Assembly (NCBI GenBank): GCA_017601145.1
Contig: JAFNIV010000003.1
Coordinates: 8,769 to 72,768 of the forward strand
From: Candidatus Brockarchaeota archaeon
GTDB lineage: Archaea > Thermoproteota > EX4484-205 > JAAOZO01
Direction: 5' to 3'
Length of the DNA stretch: 64,000 nucleotides
Shown: positions 1 through 10,474 of the stretch, in pieces
Layout of the letters: every line of letters begins with the position of its first letter
Numbering within the stretch: position 1 is the stretch's first letter
Position numbers and translations under genes: made by a program
The notes under the pieces: model-generated
Told to the model about the DNA's origin: nothing
Databases searched by the model: none
The model's input: the letters and a program-made list of their open reading frames with translations, nothing else

Positions 1-1191
1 ATTAAGCTACAGAGTACTGTAGGAGAGGAGAAGGTTGTAGTAACACTACTTTCGGAAGCTGAAAAAACATTAAACAAGTGGAAAGAAGAAGTAAACAAAC
101 TAACAAAAAGAGATAGTCTCAGACTTAGGCTAGAAGAACTAGAGATTGAGCTTTTGTGGTATAAGAGAGAGAATATGAATCAAATAAAAGAGGAAAACGA
201 AAAAAAATATGAAAGTATCAAAAACAAGTTAAAAGAGATTGAGGCACTTTTAAGTAGATACTCAGCACAACTAAAAGAAAAATCAAAGAAAATAGAGGAC
301 ACTATTGAAGAATTAATAAATGAAAACGATAACATAAAGAGAGAGACTTATGCAACTCAGCTGAGGTATGCCCTGAAAGATTATATAAAGTTAAGGGTAA
401 GAAGAGCAATAATTAGAAAAACACAAAAAATTATGAACAATGAAAAAAATAGATTAGAAGAAAAAATTACAAAGTTAAAAGAAGAATTAGAGAAAGTTGA
501 AGAAGAAGCAAGGAAAAAAGGACCTAAACCTAAGCAAATTAGAAATGAGGAAGAGATAAAGGACGAAATGGAAAAAGTTAGAATTGAACTAAATAGCTTG
601 GGAACAGTCGTAGAAAATGCTGAAGAAATATACAACAGTTACAAGAAGACATATGAGGACATAAAAGAAAAGGCAACAAAAATAAAGATAGAAAAAGAAA
701 AAGTTGAGGAAGAGATTAAAGAGCTTACAAACAAATGGAGGAAAAAAATAGAGGAAGTTGTTGAAGAAATAGACAGAAACTTTAAGGAAAGAATGGCAAG
801 AGTTGGTGCTGCTGGAGAAGTAAGACTCATAAACATTGAAGATTTAGAGCAAGCAGGTATTCAAATACTTGTTAGTTTTGGAGGATCTCCCCTTACTGAA
901 CTTAACTACTATATTCAGAGTGGAGGAGAGAGGAGCACATCTGTTATGGCTTTCATTCTTTCTTTGCAAAGTTTAATAAAGTCGCCAATCAGAGCACTCG
1001 ATGAATTTGATGTTCACATGGATCCAAAAACGAGGGAGACATTTTTTGGATTAATAGAAGAGGAAGCTAAGAAACATCCTAATACCTTATTCTTAGTTGT
1101 TACACCAGGCCAAATACCAAAAGGAATAAAGGATGCAACCGGAATAATAGTTCAAAAAGTTGGTAGGGAGGCAGTTGTTACAATTGCTTAG
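1..1191 (+). CDS. SMC-family ATPase, coiled coil plus C-terminal head (5' end outside window); tail motifs look Smc5/6-like
   Basis: Frame 1 is stop-free from base 1, so the 154 start in the ORF track is an internal TTG. K/E-rich heptad region. ABC signature QSGGERSTSV and Walker B RALDEFDVHMD near the C-terminus. Confidence 0.8.
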   Translation: MKLQSTVGEEKVVVTLLSEAEKTLNKWKEEVNKLTKRDSLRLRLEELEIELLWYKRENMNQIKEENEKKYESIKNKLKEIEALLSRYSAQLKEKSKKIEDTIEELINENDNIKRETYATQLRYALKDYIKLRVRRAIIRKTQKIMNNEKNRLEEKITKLKEELEKVEEEARKKGPKPKQIRNEEEIKDEMEKVRIELNSLGTVVENAEEIYNSYKKTYEDIKEKATKIKIEKEKVEEEIKELTNKWRKKIEEVVEEIDRNFKERMARVGAAGEVRLINIEDLEQAGIQILVSFGGSPLTELNYYIQSGGERSTSVMAFILSLQSLIKSPIRALDEFDVHMDPKTRETFFGLIEEEAKKHPNTLFLVVTPGQIPKGIKDATGIIVQKVGREAVVTIA

Positions 1192-1912
1192 CAACAAAAA
1201 AACAACCAATGAAAAAGAAATACAAAAGTTAATAGAAGAACTTGACAACATAATAAGTAAGAAAGAAAACATTCTTGAGATTAATCTTGATGAAAAAATA
1301 AGAAAGCTTGCAGAACTACTTAGCAGCAGCAATAGCTTAGAAGAAATCAACAATTGCTCCGAAGCTATTCAGAGATTAGCAGTAATAATTTTTGAAAAAA
1401 CTAAGGCACTGAAAAATAGATCGGGAATCTTGTACATTGATCCTTTCTTAATGAAATTGGCTATTCTTGGAAGCAACATAGAAAAACTAAGTAAGGCATT
1501 TATCCAATCGTGGAGACCAGTTGTTGGAAGAGACGTAATAAATTTATTCTTACTTAAAGATGCAATGACTTATTGGAACAGCATAACGAAGTATTCGTTT
1601 GAAGCAAGAGAAGAAAAAACTATTGAAAATGTAAGTAAGATAAGTTTTTTGGATGAAAGAGGAATAAATGAAGAAATTGAAGAAATGTACAATGAACTTG
1701 AAAGAAGAGGTGGAAAAGAGTTATACGATAAACTTATTGAAAGCAAAAATCTTTCTGAAAAGATCTTTAAAGCTGTAATTCTAAGCTTTATGATAACTTA
1801 CGGTTATGTAGGTATCATTAGAGAACCACTAAAAGGAAAAGTTTGGGTTGTTAAAAAAGAAAAAACTATTGAAAGCAAAAATCCTGAAAGTTTTGTAATA
1901 GTGGTGAAGTAA
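1160..1912 (+). CDS. putative kleisin-like partner of the SMC ATPase
   Basis: Overlaps the SMC stop by 32 nt. Only TTG starts are available (first in-frame ATG near 1450). C-terminal segment IFKAVILSFMITYGYVGIIREPLKGKVWVV fits a kleisin C-terminal winged helix. The call is largely positional. Confidence 0.4.
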   Translation: MVGRQLLQLLSNKKTTNEKEIQKLIEELDNIISKKENILEINLDEKIRKLAELLSSSNSLEEINNCSEAIQRLAVIIFEKTKALKNRSGILYIDPFLMKLAILGSNIEKLSKAFIQSWRPVVGRDVINLFLLKDAMTYWNSITKYSFEAREEKTIENVSKISFLDERGINEEIEEMYNELERRGGKELYDKLIESKNLSEKIFKAVILSFMITYGYVGIIREPLKGKVWVVKKEKTIESKNPESFVIVVK

Positions 1913-1914
1913 AA

Positions 1915-2457
1915 ATGGAAGAGGAGAGCACTAAAAAGTTAAGAAGAGCGGCACAATTACTTTTTTTTAAATCTCACAGAAATCCAGGTATAAAGGGATG
2001 GGAACTAAGAAAAGCTTTAGGGCAAGATTACACAAAGATTCTTAAAAAATTAGAGGAAAAAATTAACGAACTGGGGCTTACCATAAAAATAGTTTCTGAT
2101 TCTGGCGAACTAAGAACACTTTCAGATCCTCATGAGGTTTTATCTAACTGTAGGTTCTTTATTTCAATTAATGATCCTTTAACTATCACAGACCTGAGGA
2201 CTTCTGGATGGAGCATAGATGAAATTGCTGGACTTACAGTATGTATCGCAACAATAATATCAAAAGAAGGAAAAACGACTAGGCAGGAATTAGAACAAAT
2301 TTTAAGCCAGAAATTACCAAAGTGGAAAGCAACTAGGTTACTTTCCAAGTACATAAAGGCTGGCTATCTTGATGAAAAAGAAGATTACATTGTTTTAGGG
2401 TGGAGAACTAAATCAGAAGTAGATCTAGAAAACATAATAAGATATATCTTTTCATAA
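1915..2457 (+). CDS. winged-helix SMC accessory protein (ScpB-like or Nse1/3-MAGE-like)
   Basis: Starts 3 nt after the previous stop. N-terminal pattern AAQLLFFKSHRNPGIKGWELRKALG..ILKKLEEKINELGLTIKIV fits the WH pattern shared by ScpB and MAGE/Nse3 proteins. Confidence 0.4.
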   Translation: MEEESTKKLRRAAQLLFFKSHRNPGIKGWELRKALGQDYTKILKKLEEKINELGLTIKIVSDSGELRTLSDPHEVLSNCRFFISINDPLTITDLRTSGWSIDEIAGLTVCIATIISKEGKTTRQELEQILSQKLPKWKATRLLSKYIKAGYLDEKEDYIVLGWRTKSEVDLENIIRYIFS

Positions 2458-2461
2458 AAAG

Positions 2462-5320
2462 TTAAAGAACGAAACTCCTTCTTTTCTCTACCTCAATTAT
2501 TGCATCTAGAATTTCTTCCTTAGAATTAAACTTCGCTAAAATTGTCTCTGCATCCCTTAAGGAAATGTTGCTTACAAGTACTAGAGCTGCAAGATCTTTA
2601 TACCTATAGAGGAGTAAAGCCGTTCTTTTCGCTCGCTCTATAAGTTTTTTGGCTTTATTAGAGTCTGAGTGATACTTTATCAAATTCGCTTCTGCCTCAT
2701 CTCTTATAAGACCTACATATTCGGATCCGCAGTTTGGGCAATTTAGTGGAAATGTAATATTTGAAACCTTAATAGGTCCAAAGAAGTAAAAACAGTTCAA
2801 ACATATGAAGCTTACTAAGCTACTTTTCAGTCTAGCTAAAGAATATTTTCTAAATATTTTTTCTAACTTTTCTGGAGGGAAGATTTCAGATTTTCTTTCT
2901 GCAGAATGAAGACCTATATATGCAAAGGGAGATGGAATCTCTCTCTTTTCTATGAAACTTACTTTTAATTTTCCATTTTTTATTTCCTCTAAAAAAATTT
3001 TTAAGTTCTTTACATCGTAATCCTTAGTAAAGAGTTCGTTTTTTGCCTCTTCAAAAACTGGAGTTCCCTTTAGGAGATTCATTAGCGTGTTTAATTCAGG
3101 GGAAGTTAAGGAAACGTCTTTTTCGATTACTCCAAACCTTCGACCCACATGAATTAATCTTCTCTTAAACAAACCTATTGATTCTATTCCACTGGTTAAA
3201 GAATCGATTAAGTTTTTATCATTAACCTTCCTCATAAGATCTAGAACAAAATTAGGGTCTAAATCATAGTTTATGATTATTCGATATGGATCACTACTGC
3301 TAACAATTGCTTCTTCTCTCTCTAGAATTAATGAAGAGATAACTTTAGATAATGCAGAATTTACTTGATTCCCGTTGCATGCATGGATTATAGTTGTTCC
3401 TTTCCAATTTTCAATAACTACTTCCTCGTCAGTTGCAACTGGAAACCCTCCTTTATATGATTCGTATATTGGGCGAATCGCTTCTCTAATAACATCTTTT
3501 TTTATTGAAAATAACTCGGAAAAGTAATTAGTAACTTCTTCTAAAGAAAGGCCATTTTTTAGTTGTTCTAGTACCTTTCTTCTAAATAATCCAACCTCTC
3601 TAGCAACTTGAAACACTACAGGGATTTCTTCTCCAACCCAAAAAGGTACAGCCCCAATTGGATCTTCGGAAGGAGTAACAGAAATAAAATCTTCTTTTGC
3701 TTCATTAAATATCCAAACTCTACCCCCCATTATAAACTTTGTTCCTGGTAACCCTTTTTCTGCTACAAATTCTTCGTCTAGTGTCCCTATAACCTCTTTT
3801 GAGCGTGAGTCTATTACCTTAAACTGTTTAATTTCAGGAATAGTTGAAATATGGTCATAGTAGAATTTGTAAGTATAGAAATTAGACTTCCCCCGTCTAA
3901 TTACTCCTTTTTCCTTATCATAAATTAGTAGAGAAGGATACCTATTAACTAAAAATGAGACCAAAAAATCTAGTTCCTCTGAAGAAAGTGTTATATAAGG
4001 AAATGCGTTCCTTACAACTCTTAAAAGTTCACTCACTTCCCAACTTGATTTATACAAAAGTAGACCAATTATTTGATGAGCTAAAACGTCAAGAGGTTTC
4101 TCTATTATCGAAACTTCTTCCAATTTCTTTTCAAGTGCTCTTTTTTTTATAACTATAGATTCAATAGCATCTTCTTCATCTATAGCTATAACTAATCCTT
4201 TTGAGATACCTTGGATAGTATGTCCACTTCTTCCAACTCTTTGAATTAAATGAATCGCTTGACGGGGAGAGCCATACTGAATCACAAAGTTAACATTACC
4301 AACATCGATTCCAAGCTCCAAACTCGAGGTCGTAACCACACCTTTAACTTCTCCAGTCTTTAGCCATTTTTCAGCTGTTGCTCTTATAGCCGTTCCCAAA
4401 GAGCCATGGTGCACTGCTGTAGCTATATCACCTTTGTACAATGTAAGCTTATTAGCTAGAGCTTCAGCAGTTTCACGAGTATTAGTAAATATTAAAGTTG
4501 AGTTATTCGAAATTAAAAAATCTGAAATAACGTTTAACCTTGCTAATACTTCTGGATGCTCAATATTCTCTTTTGCTAACTCTATCTCAGCTTTGGAGGG
4601 CCGGGGTAATACTACATCTATTTCAATCCATTTCTCAGGAGAGGCATCGACTATCTTGTAGCTTCGATTTGCACCAAATAAAAACTTTGAAAGTGTATCC
4701 TGATCTCCAACAGTAGCTGAAAGACCAATCACTTGCGGTTCAGAGTCTGTTAACAATCTAAGCCGCTCTAAACCAAGAGTTAACTGCGAACCACGTTTAT
4801 CTTGCGCAAGTTCATGAACTTCATCAACAATGACCCACTTTACGGTCTTTAGATACTTTGAAAGCTTTTTACCAACTAAAAGGATCTGAAATGTTTCAGG
4901 GGTGGTTACTATAAGATCAGGAGGATACATTGATTGAAGTGATCTTTCTCTTTTCGGGGTATCACCATGCCTTACAGCGACTTTTATATCAAGTTTTGAA
5001 GCCCACCACATTAACCGTTCTAACATATCCCTATTGAGTGCTCTTAGGGGGGTAATGTACAATATTTTAAACCCAGGTTCATTTTTTAAACTTGATTTTA
5101 TTAGAGTATCAAAAATTGGCAGTATAGCAGCTTCAGTTTTTCCTGTTCCTGTTGGAGAAACTACTAATACATTTTCTCCTGAAAGAATTTGAGGGATAGC
5201 TAGCTTTTGTACATCACTTAGAGGAATTAGGTTTTTTTCTCTTATTAGTTCCACTATCCTATCTGTGAGTAAGCCGAGAACTTTGAGGTCATCAACACTG
5301 CAAGCTGTGTTTGGCTGCAT
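2462..5320 (-). CDS. lhr: Lhr-type large DEAD/DEAH-box helicase
   Basis: 952 aa. Walker A SPTGTGKTEA, DEVH box (VIVDEVHEL), motif VI QRVGRSGH. Long Lhr-type C-terminal extension with a Cys4 ribbon (CLNC...CPNC). Confidence 0.85.
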   Translation of the reverse strand: MQPNTACSVDDLKVLGLLTDRIVELIREKNLIPLSDVQKLAIPQILSGENVLVVSPTGTGKTEAAILPIFDTLIKSSLKNEPGFKILYITPLRALNRDMLERLMWWASKLDIKVAVRHGDTPKRERSLQSMYPPDLIVTTPETFQILLVGKKLSKYLKTVKWVIVDEVHELAQDKRGSQLTLGLERLRLLTDSEPQVIGLSATVGDQDTLSKFLFGANRSYKIVDASPEKWIEIDVVLPRPSKAEIELAKENIEHPEVLARLNVISDFLISNNSTLIFTNTRETAEALANKLTLYKGDIATAVHHGSLGTAIRATAEKWLKTGEVKGVVTTSSLELGIDVGNVNFVIQYGSPRQAIHLIQRVGRSGHTIQGISKGLVIAIDEEDAIESIVIKKRALEKKLEEVSIIEKPLDVLAHQIIGLLLYKSSWEVSELLRVVRNAFPYITLSSEELDFLVSFLVNRYPSLLIYDKEKGVIRRGKSNFYTYKFYYDHISTIPEIKQFKVIDSRSKEVIGTLDEEFVAEKGLPGTKFIMGGRVWIFNEAKEDFISVTPSEDPIGAVPFWVGEEIPVVFQVAREVGLFRRKVLEQLKNGLSLEEVTNYFSELFSIKKDVIREAIRPIYESYKGGFPVATDEEVVIENWKGTTIIHACNGNQVNSALSKVISSLILEREEAIVSSSDPYRIIINYDLDPNFVLDLMRKVNDKNLIDSLTSGIESIGLFKRRLIHVGRRFGVIEKDVSLTSPELNTLMNLLKGTPVFEEAKNELFTKDYDVKNLKIFLEEIKNGKLKVSFIEKREIPSPFAYIGLHSAERKSEIFPPEKLEKIFRKYSLARLKSSLVSFICLNCFYFFGPIKVSNITFPLNCPNCGSEYVGLIRDEAEANLIKYHSDSNKAKKLIERAKRTALLLYRYKDLAALVLVSNISLRDAETILAKFNSKEEILDAIIEVEKRRSFVL

Positions 5321-5537
5321 GCTTTGGAGAAGCTTACCTTTAAGCTAATTAAAAAGATTACCTTTATCGAAAAAACTACTAAACCTTTAAGTTTTTATAT
5401 AATTCTATGAGTTTCTCGTATTTTCAGTTACAAAAATATAACTGTTTTTCTTGATTTATTTGAGAAGATAAAAGTAAAAAAATGAACCAGAATAACTGTA
5501 ACATTACTGATTTTTTCCTTAGAGTTTAATGAGCCGT

Positions 5538-5690
5538 TTATTTGCTTTCCAAAAGGAATACCCCTTTCTTAGTAATATTGTCTAGAATTAAGTGATAAAG
5601 AGTAAAACCACTAACGATTCTTAAGAAAACAACGTCCTGAAAAACTAAAAAACTTAAAGAGAAAAGAGCAACGTAAAGAACAACTTTCAT
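5538..5690 (-). CDS. hypothetical 50 aa hydrophobic protein (below ORF-track cutoff)
   Basis: ATG to TAA reading MKVVLYVALFSLSFLVFQDVVFLRIVSGFTLYHLILDNITKKGVFLLESK. Sits alone in a 0.7 kb ORF-poor spacer. No homology recognised. Confidence 0.2.
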   Translation of the reverse strand: MKVVLYVALFSLSFLVFQDVVFLRIVSGFTLYHLILDNITKKGVFLLESK

Positions 5691-6016
5691 TTCTAGTTCT
5701 GAAAGTGACAAGCTTAATGGTTTTTTACAATTTAATAAACATAAAATAAAGCATGTATGAAGAACTTACATGAGTAACTCATTTCATGCCAATCTTAGCA
5801 AAAATTTTTGCATAAAAACTTTAAAAGATTAACAAATATTAGAATACATATATATTAATAAGAGAATAAAGAAAAACTCTAAAACTTTCATTACTTTCGT
5901 AAACTTTGCGACGCCTTGCACACCTAATCGTCATAAAAAATATATTTTAAACCATAAAAAATGAAATGAGGAAAGAAAAAGAGAGGAAGGAATTCTATTA
6001 AATTAGTTGGTAAAGT

Positions 6017-8446
6017 TTACTCTGGATCTGGAAGTTCTAAGTCTGGGTCTTCTCTTATTCCTCTTCCTGTTAACTTCTCTACTGTAATCCTTTGTTCTAT
6101 AGAAGCAACAAGCTTTCTTGTGTATACTGCAGCATCCGGATTTACTGAAACACTGTCTATTCCACTTCTAACTAAGAATTCTGTGAAATCAGGATATACA
6201 GAAGGAGCTTGTCCACAAATGCTCACTGTTTTTCCTTTTGAATGCGCAACTTTAATTAGATACCTGACGGCTCTTTTCACTGCAAGATCTCTTTCATCAA
6301 ATATGTGCGCTATAGTTTGGTTGTTTCTATCTGCACCAAGTATTAGCATTGTTAAATCGTTACTGCCAATACTGAAACCATCACAGTAATCACTAAACTT
6401 ATCTGCTAGAAATACATTGCTTGGAATTTCTGCCATTAACCATAACTTAAAGTCTGGACCTCTCTTTAGACCCTCTGCTTCCATGATCTGAACAACCTTC
6501 TTCAGTTCTTCTATTGTTCTAACGAACGGTATCATGACCCAAAGGTTCTTTAGCCCAAATTCTTCTCTGACCTTTTTTACTGCTTTTATCTCAAGCTTAA
6601 ATGCTTCTACATATTTTGGATCATAGTATCTCGAGGCGCCTCTCCATCCTAGCAGGGCACTTGGCTCTACTGGCTCATATTTGTCACCTCCCTTTAGGTC
6701 TCGATACTCGCTGGACTTAAAATCTACAAATCTTAGCACTACCGGTCTTGGATAGAATGCAGCACAGACTTTTCTTATGCCTTCTGCTAACTTGTCTACA
6801 ACCTTTTGAGCTTGGCCAATCTCTATTAAGTAGTTTGGATGTTCTCCGATTTCTGCAGCCCATATGAATTCTTCTCTCATTAAGCCAACTCCATCCACAG
6901 GAAGTTGAGAAGCTTTTTCTGCTAACTCTGGTTCTCCTAAGTTAATATATACCTTTGTACCAGTTATTGGATGCGACTCTGCTGCAACAGCAACTGCTGC
7001 AACTGCTGCTTTCTCTTCTGGTTTCTTTACTGCTTCTTCCAAAGCTCCACGATACACAATTCCAAGCTTTGCATCAACAGTTATTGTCTCTCCATTTGGA
7101 ATTGCTTCAGTTGCAGGTTTTCCTTTCGAAGCTGTCCCAACAATACACGGTATACCAAGTTCACGTGAGACTATAGCAGCATGCGAAGTCATACCACCTG
7201 AATTAGTTACGATTGCTGCAGCTTTTCTCATTGCAGGTACCCATTCAGGTGCTGTCATCTCAGTTACTAGTATCTCTCCTGCTTGAAACTCATTTAACTT
7301 AGATACATCCATTATGATATGTGCTTTTCCAACAGCTAGTCCTGGAGATGCTGGTAATCCTTGCACAAGAACTTCTCTTTCTTTAGTAACCCTAACTTCC
7401 TCAACCGGTTTCTGTTCTTCCTTGAATGCCCAAACTGTTTCTGGTCTTGCTTGAAGTATATATGTCTTGTTGTCTCTTTCATCAACACCCCATTCTATAT
7501 CCATTGCTCTTCCATAGTGTTTCTCTATCGCAATGCCATACCTTGCTAGTTCTTTAACTTGCTCATCAGTTAACACTTGAGCGTTTTGAAGTTCTGGTGG
7601 AACCTCTTTTTCTACGACTCCACCTTGTGGATTCCTGACCAACATTACTTTCTTTGGTGGAATGTTTTTCTTTACTATTTCTAGAGTATCTTTCTTAACA
7701 TAAAACTCATCAGGAGTTACCTTCCCTTGAACTATATATTCTCCTAGGCCCCAACTTCCTTCAATAAGTACGACTGAACGGTCTCCATTTGAAACGTCTA
7801 GAGTAAACATTACTCCGGAACATTTTGAGTAAACCATAAGCTGAACTACTGCAGATAGAGCAACTTTCATGTGATCAAACCCTTTTTGGACTCTGTAAAA
7901 TATTGCTCTATCGGTAAACAAGCTTGCGTAGCATTTCTTTATATTGTAGATTACTTCATCAGCACCTTTAACATTCAAATAAGTATCTTGTTGACCAGCA
8001 AAGGAAGCATCTGGTAGGTCTTCAGCTGTTGCAGAAGACCTTACTGCTACAAATGGATTTTCTTGCCCTATTATTAGTTCCAGCTCATGATAAGCCTTTC
8101 TGATTTCATCCTCTAGTTGTTTTGGTAAGCTAGCTTGCATTATTAAGTTCCTAATTTCCTGACCAACTTGTCTTAATGTTTCAGTATCGTTTGGATCTTT
8201 AAGCCTAGAAAGAACCTGTGCAATTTTTTCACTAAGTTGATTCTCTTTTATAAACAGCCTGTAAGCTTGTGCTGTTGTACAGAAGCCTGCAGGAATAGGA
8301 ACACTTGTTTTGTTTGTCATTTCTCCTAAGCTTGCACTCTTGCCACCGACTATTGGTACGTCCTCTTTTGATATGTCTTTAAACCATAGAATAAGTGCAT
8401 CTCTTTTGCTTGACATTTCTCTTCGCTCTGAAGTGACTTCTGGCAT
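6017..8446 (-). CDS. ppsA: phosphoenolpyruvate synthase (pyruvate, water dikinase)
   Basis: 809 aa. Phosphohistidine swivel motif GGMTSHAAIVSRELGIPCIVG. C-terminal PEP-utilising barrel (FSIGSNDLTMLILG). Confidence 0.9.
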   Translation of the reverse strand: MPEVTSERREMSSKRDALILWFKDISKEDVPIVGGKSASLGEMTNKTSVPIPAGFCTTAQAYRLFIKENQLSEKIAQVLSRLKDPNDTETLRQVGQEIRNLIMQASLPKQLEDEIRKAYHELELIIGQENPFVAVRSSATAEDLPDASFAGQQDTYLNVKGADEVIYNIKKCYASLFTDRAIFYRVQKGFDHMKVALSAVVQLMVYSKCSGVMFTLDVSNGDRSVVLIEGSWGLGEYIVQGKVTPDEFYVKKDTLEIVKKNIPPKKVMLVRNPQGGVVEKEVPPELQNAQVLTDEQVKELARYGIAIEKHYGRAMDIEWGVDERDNKTYILQARPETVWAFKEEQKPVEEVRVTKEREVLVQGLPASPGLAVGKAHIIMDVSKLNEFQAGEILVTEMTAPEWVPAMRKAAAIVTNSGGMTSHAAIVSRELGIPCIVGTASKGKPATEAIPNGETITVDAKLGIVYRGALEEAVKKPEEKAAVAAVAVAAESHPITGTKVYINLGEPELAEKASQLPVDGVGLMREEFIWAAEIGEHPNYLIEIGQAQKVVDKLAEGIRKVCAAFYPRPVVLRFVDFKSSEYRDLKGGDKYEPVEPSALLGWRGASRYYDPKYVEAFKLEIKAVKKVREEFGLKNLWVMIPFVRTIEELKKVVQIMEAEGLKRGPDFKLWLMAEIPSNVFLADKFSDYCDGFSIGSNDLTMLILGADRNNQTIAHIFDERDLAVKRAVRYLIKVAHSKGKTVSICGQAPSVYPDFTEFLVRSGIDSVSVNPDAAVYTRKLVASIEQRITVEKLTGRGIREDPDLELPDPE

Positions 8447-8727
8447 ATAAAAAAATTTCCTTTTACTTTAATAAGAAGAGAAAATTAGAGGATACCAGCA
8501 AACTACTAAAAACAATAGATTTTCTAGGCAAAATTAACAAAAGATCAACTTTCTAACCAAGAATGGCTAAAAAACTATTAGACTTGATGCAAACCTTGGT
8601 ACAAGTTTACCTAAAAGGTAACGGTGCAACACACAATGATGTTAGTTACAACTTGTTCAAAATCCTCTTTTAACAAATAGAAGGGTTTATATTTCCTTTA
8701 TTTTAATAAAAAGGTTGCGAAAGGAAA

Positions 8728-9015
8728 ATGGACGCAGACAACCAAGGAGGAAGAACTTTACTAGAGAACAAAAAACCAATTAGCGCTCTAAAAAATTTCC
8801 TGAATAAACAAATTTACGTCAAGTTAAAGAATGACTTAAGCTACGTTGGTACATTAGACAAGTTTGACCTTCAAATGAACCTAATAATTTCAAACACCAT
8901 AGAATATGAACGAAACAAGACCGTAAGAAACCTTGGGAAAGTCATAATCCGTGGCAATAACATACTTTATGTAGCTTTGGCAGAAAAAGTAGAATCAGGA
9001 CAACAAGGAACTTAA
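8728..9015 (+). CDS. Sm-like (LSm/SmAP) RNA-binding protein
   Basis: Sm1/Sm2 motifs YVGTLDKFDLQMNLIISN and LGKVIIRGNNILYV. Confidence 0.85.
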   Translation: MDADNQGGRTLLENKKPISALKNFLNKQIYVKLKNDLSYVGTLDKFDLQMNLIISNTIEYERNKTVRNLGKVIIRGNNILYVALAEKVESGQQGT

Positions 9016-9376
9016 ATTTAGATTCGAAAAATAAATCATAAAAATAGGTTTGCTAATACCTTGAAATTTGAGAGAGTTTTAATTGTACTGGTATACTTCT
9101 GATTTAACATAGTAGAACAATGCAAGACTTTAGCTGTGAGAATACCAAAAGCATAGCGGATCACTTTAACTTTAATGAGCTTGTCTAATAAAGCCAGTTA
9201 TACGTGCTACTAAGCTAGGAGAAGGGAAACAATTTTATGCCTTTATTAGATTAACTTTAAAGTATATTAATCCTTGCATGAACAGTACTTATATATCATA
9301 ATATTTTAAAGCTTTCTTAAAGTTTAAGAACTTCAATTATACTACACTAAACAAGAAGTTAGTAAAAAGTAACTAC

Positions 9377-10474
9377 TTAACTTCTTTTTAACTTCTTTTG
9401 AATCTCTAAGAGTTTATTTTTGCTTAAGTAGTATGAGCCACCTTCTTCAATGAAGGCCACCTGATCACTTGGAAAGAGAGAAATACCATTTTCAAAAAAG
9501 ACTTCAGAAAACTCATCTTTATACTCGTTTAAGAGCGCGTATTTAATTCCAAATTTGTTCAAAATCTTTGCTATCTTCGAAGGATCACCTTCAATTTTTC
9601 CCATGTATATCAAAAAGTTATCTCTTTTGTTTCTATTAATAGAGCTAAGTAGCAATTTCATGTTTTTTGCTGAAGCTTTTTCTAAGAAAAGTACTTCAAG
9701 ATAGTTTTGTTTTTTGTTAAAAAATTTTGAGGCCTCTATTTCATTTTCTTTTTTGTCGTTGTCATAAACAAACTTAAGAGTCGTTTCATTAACTTTTATG
9801 GTTTTTTGATTATTTTTTGCGTTTGAAGTCTTGCTTACCAAAGATTCTAGCAACTTAACTCTTTTTCTTAACCTAGATAGTTCTTCGTTCAAAGAACTAA
9901 CTTGTTTTAAAAATGCTTCGTCGTTTTTTGTATAATTTTCTATAGCATAACCTTTTATCAGATGCTTAATATGATTGTACAATGACCTTCTTGGAGGTAT
10001 ACCATTGATAAGGTCAAGTTTGATTGAATTCCTAAAGTTGATGTTAAGATCTGATACAAGCTTATCAAGTATATTGTCAATAAGTTTAAAATCATTTTTA
10101 AAGTGCTTGTATGCCTTAATTGCCGCAAAAAGTGCAACAATTTGATGTTCGTCAAACTGTGTACTATAGCTTGGGAGATTCTCGAAACTCTTAACTACGG
10201 CATTCTTTTCTTCGAAAGAAAAATCCTTCTCAGGGGAAAAGACTGGTACATTTAGTGTACTTGCTACATTCCTAACTAGCTCAGGTGTTGTTGTTTTATC
10301 AGTACATATGATTGCAGGTATTCCAAGACTTGTTATGTCCTTAAGTACTTCTTCAATTGATAAGTTTTTCGCACTCTTGCAGTAAACTACTTCTCCACTA
10401 AAGGTAACAGCAGCTATTCCAAAGTTTGTTCCAGGATCCAGACCTACTATGATGTACTTTCTTGAATCACTCAC
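9377..10474 (-). CDS. DUF460/COG2433-type protein with RNase H (RuvC/YqgF)-like N-domain
   Basis: IIVGLDPGTNFGIAAV ... AIICTDKTTTPELV N-terminal pattern followed by a coiled-coil middle. Family assignment is from memory. Confidence 0.6.
   Translation of the reverse strand: MSDSRKYIIVGLDPGTNFGIAAVTFSGEVVYCKSAKNLSIEEVLKDITSLGIPAIICTDKTTTPELVRNVASTLNVPVFSPEKDFSFEEKNAVVKSFENLPSYSTQFDEHQIVALFAAIKAYKHFKNDFKLIDNILDKLVSDLNINFRNSIKLDLINGIPPRRSLYNHIKHLIKGYAIENYTKNDEAFLKQVSSLNEELSRLRKRVKLLESLVSKTSNAKNNQKTIKVNETTLKFVYDNDKKENEIEASKFFNKKQNYLEVLFLEKASAKNMKLLLSSINRNKRDNFLIYMGKIEGDPSKIAKILNKFGIKYALLNEYKDEFSEVFFENGISLFPSDQVAFIEEGGSYYLSKNKLLEIQKKLKRS

Noticed and set aside
381-1353. Antisense ORFs 381-635, 639-836 and 1093-1353 (S/F/L-rich)
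   Set aside because: They are mirror images of the K/E-rich coiled-coil coding strand. Their low-complexity composition is what a lysine/glutamate-rich sense frame produces on the opposite strand.
6120-7549. Short plus-strand ORFs inside ppsA (6120-6389, 6955-7176, 6971-7168, 7361-7549)
   Set aside because: Fully embedded antisense to a strongly supported 809 aa gene. No motifs, odd composition.
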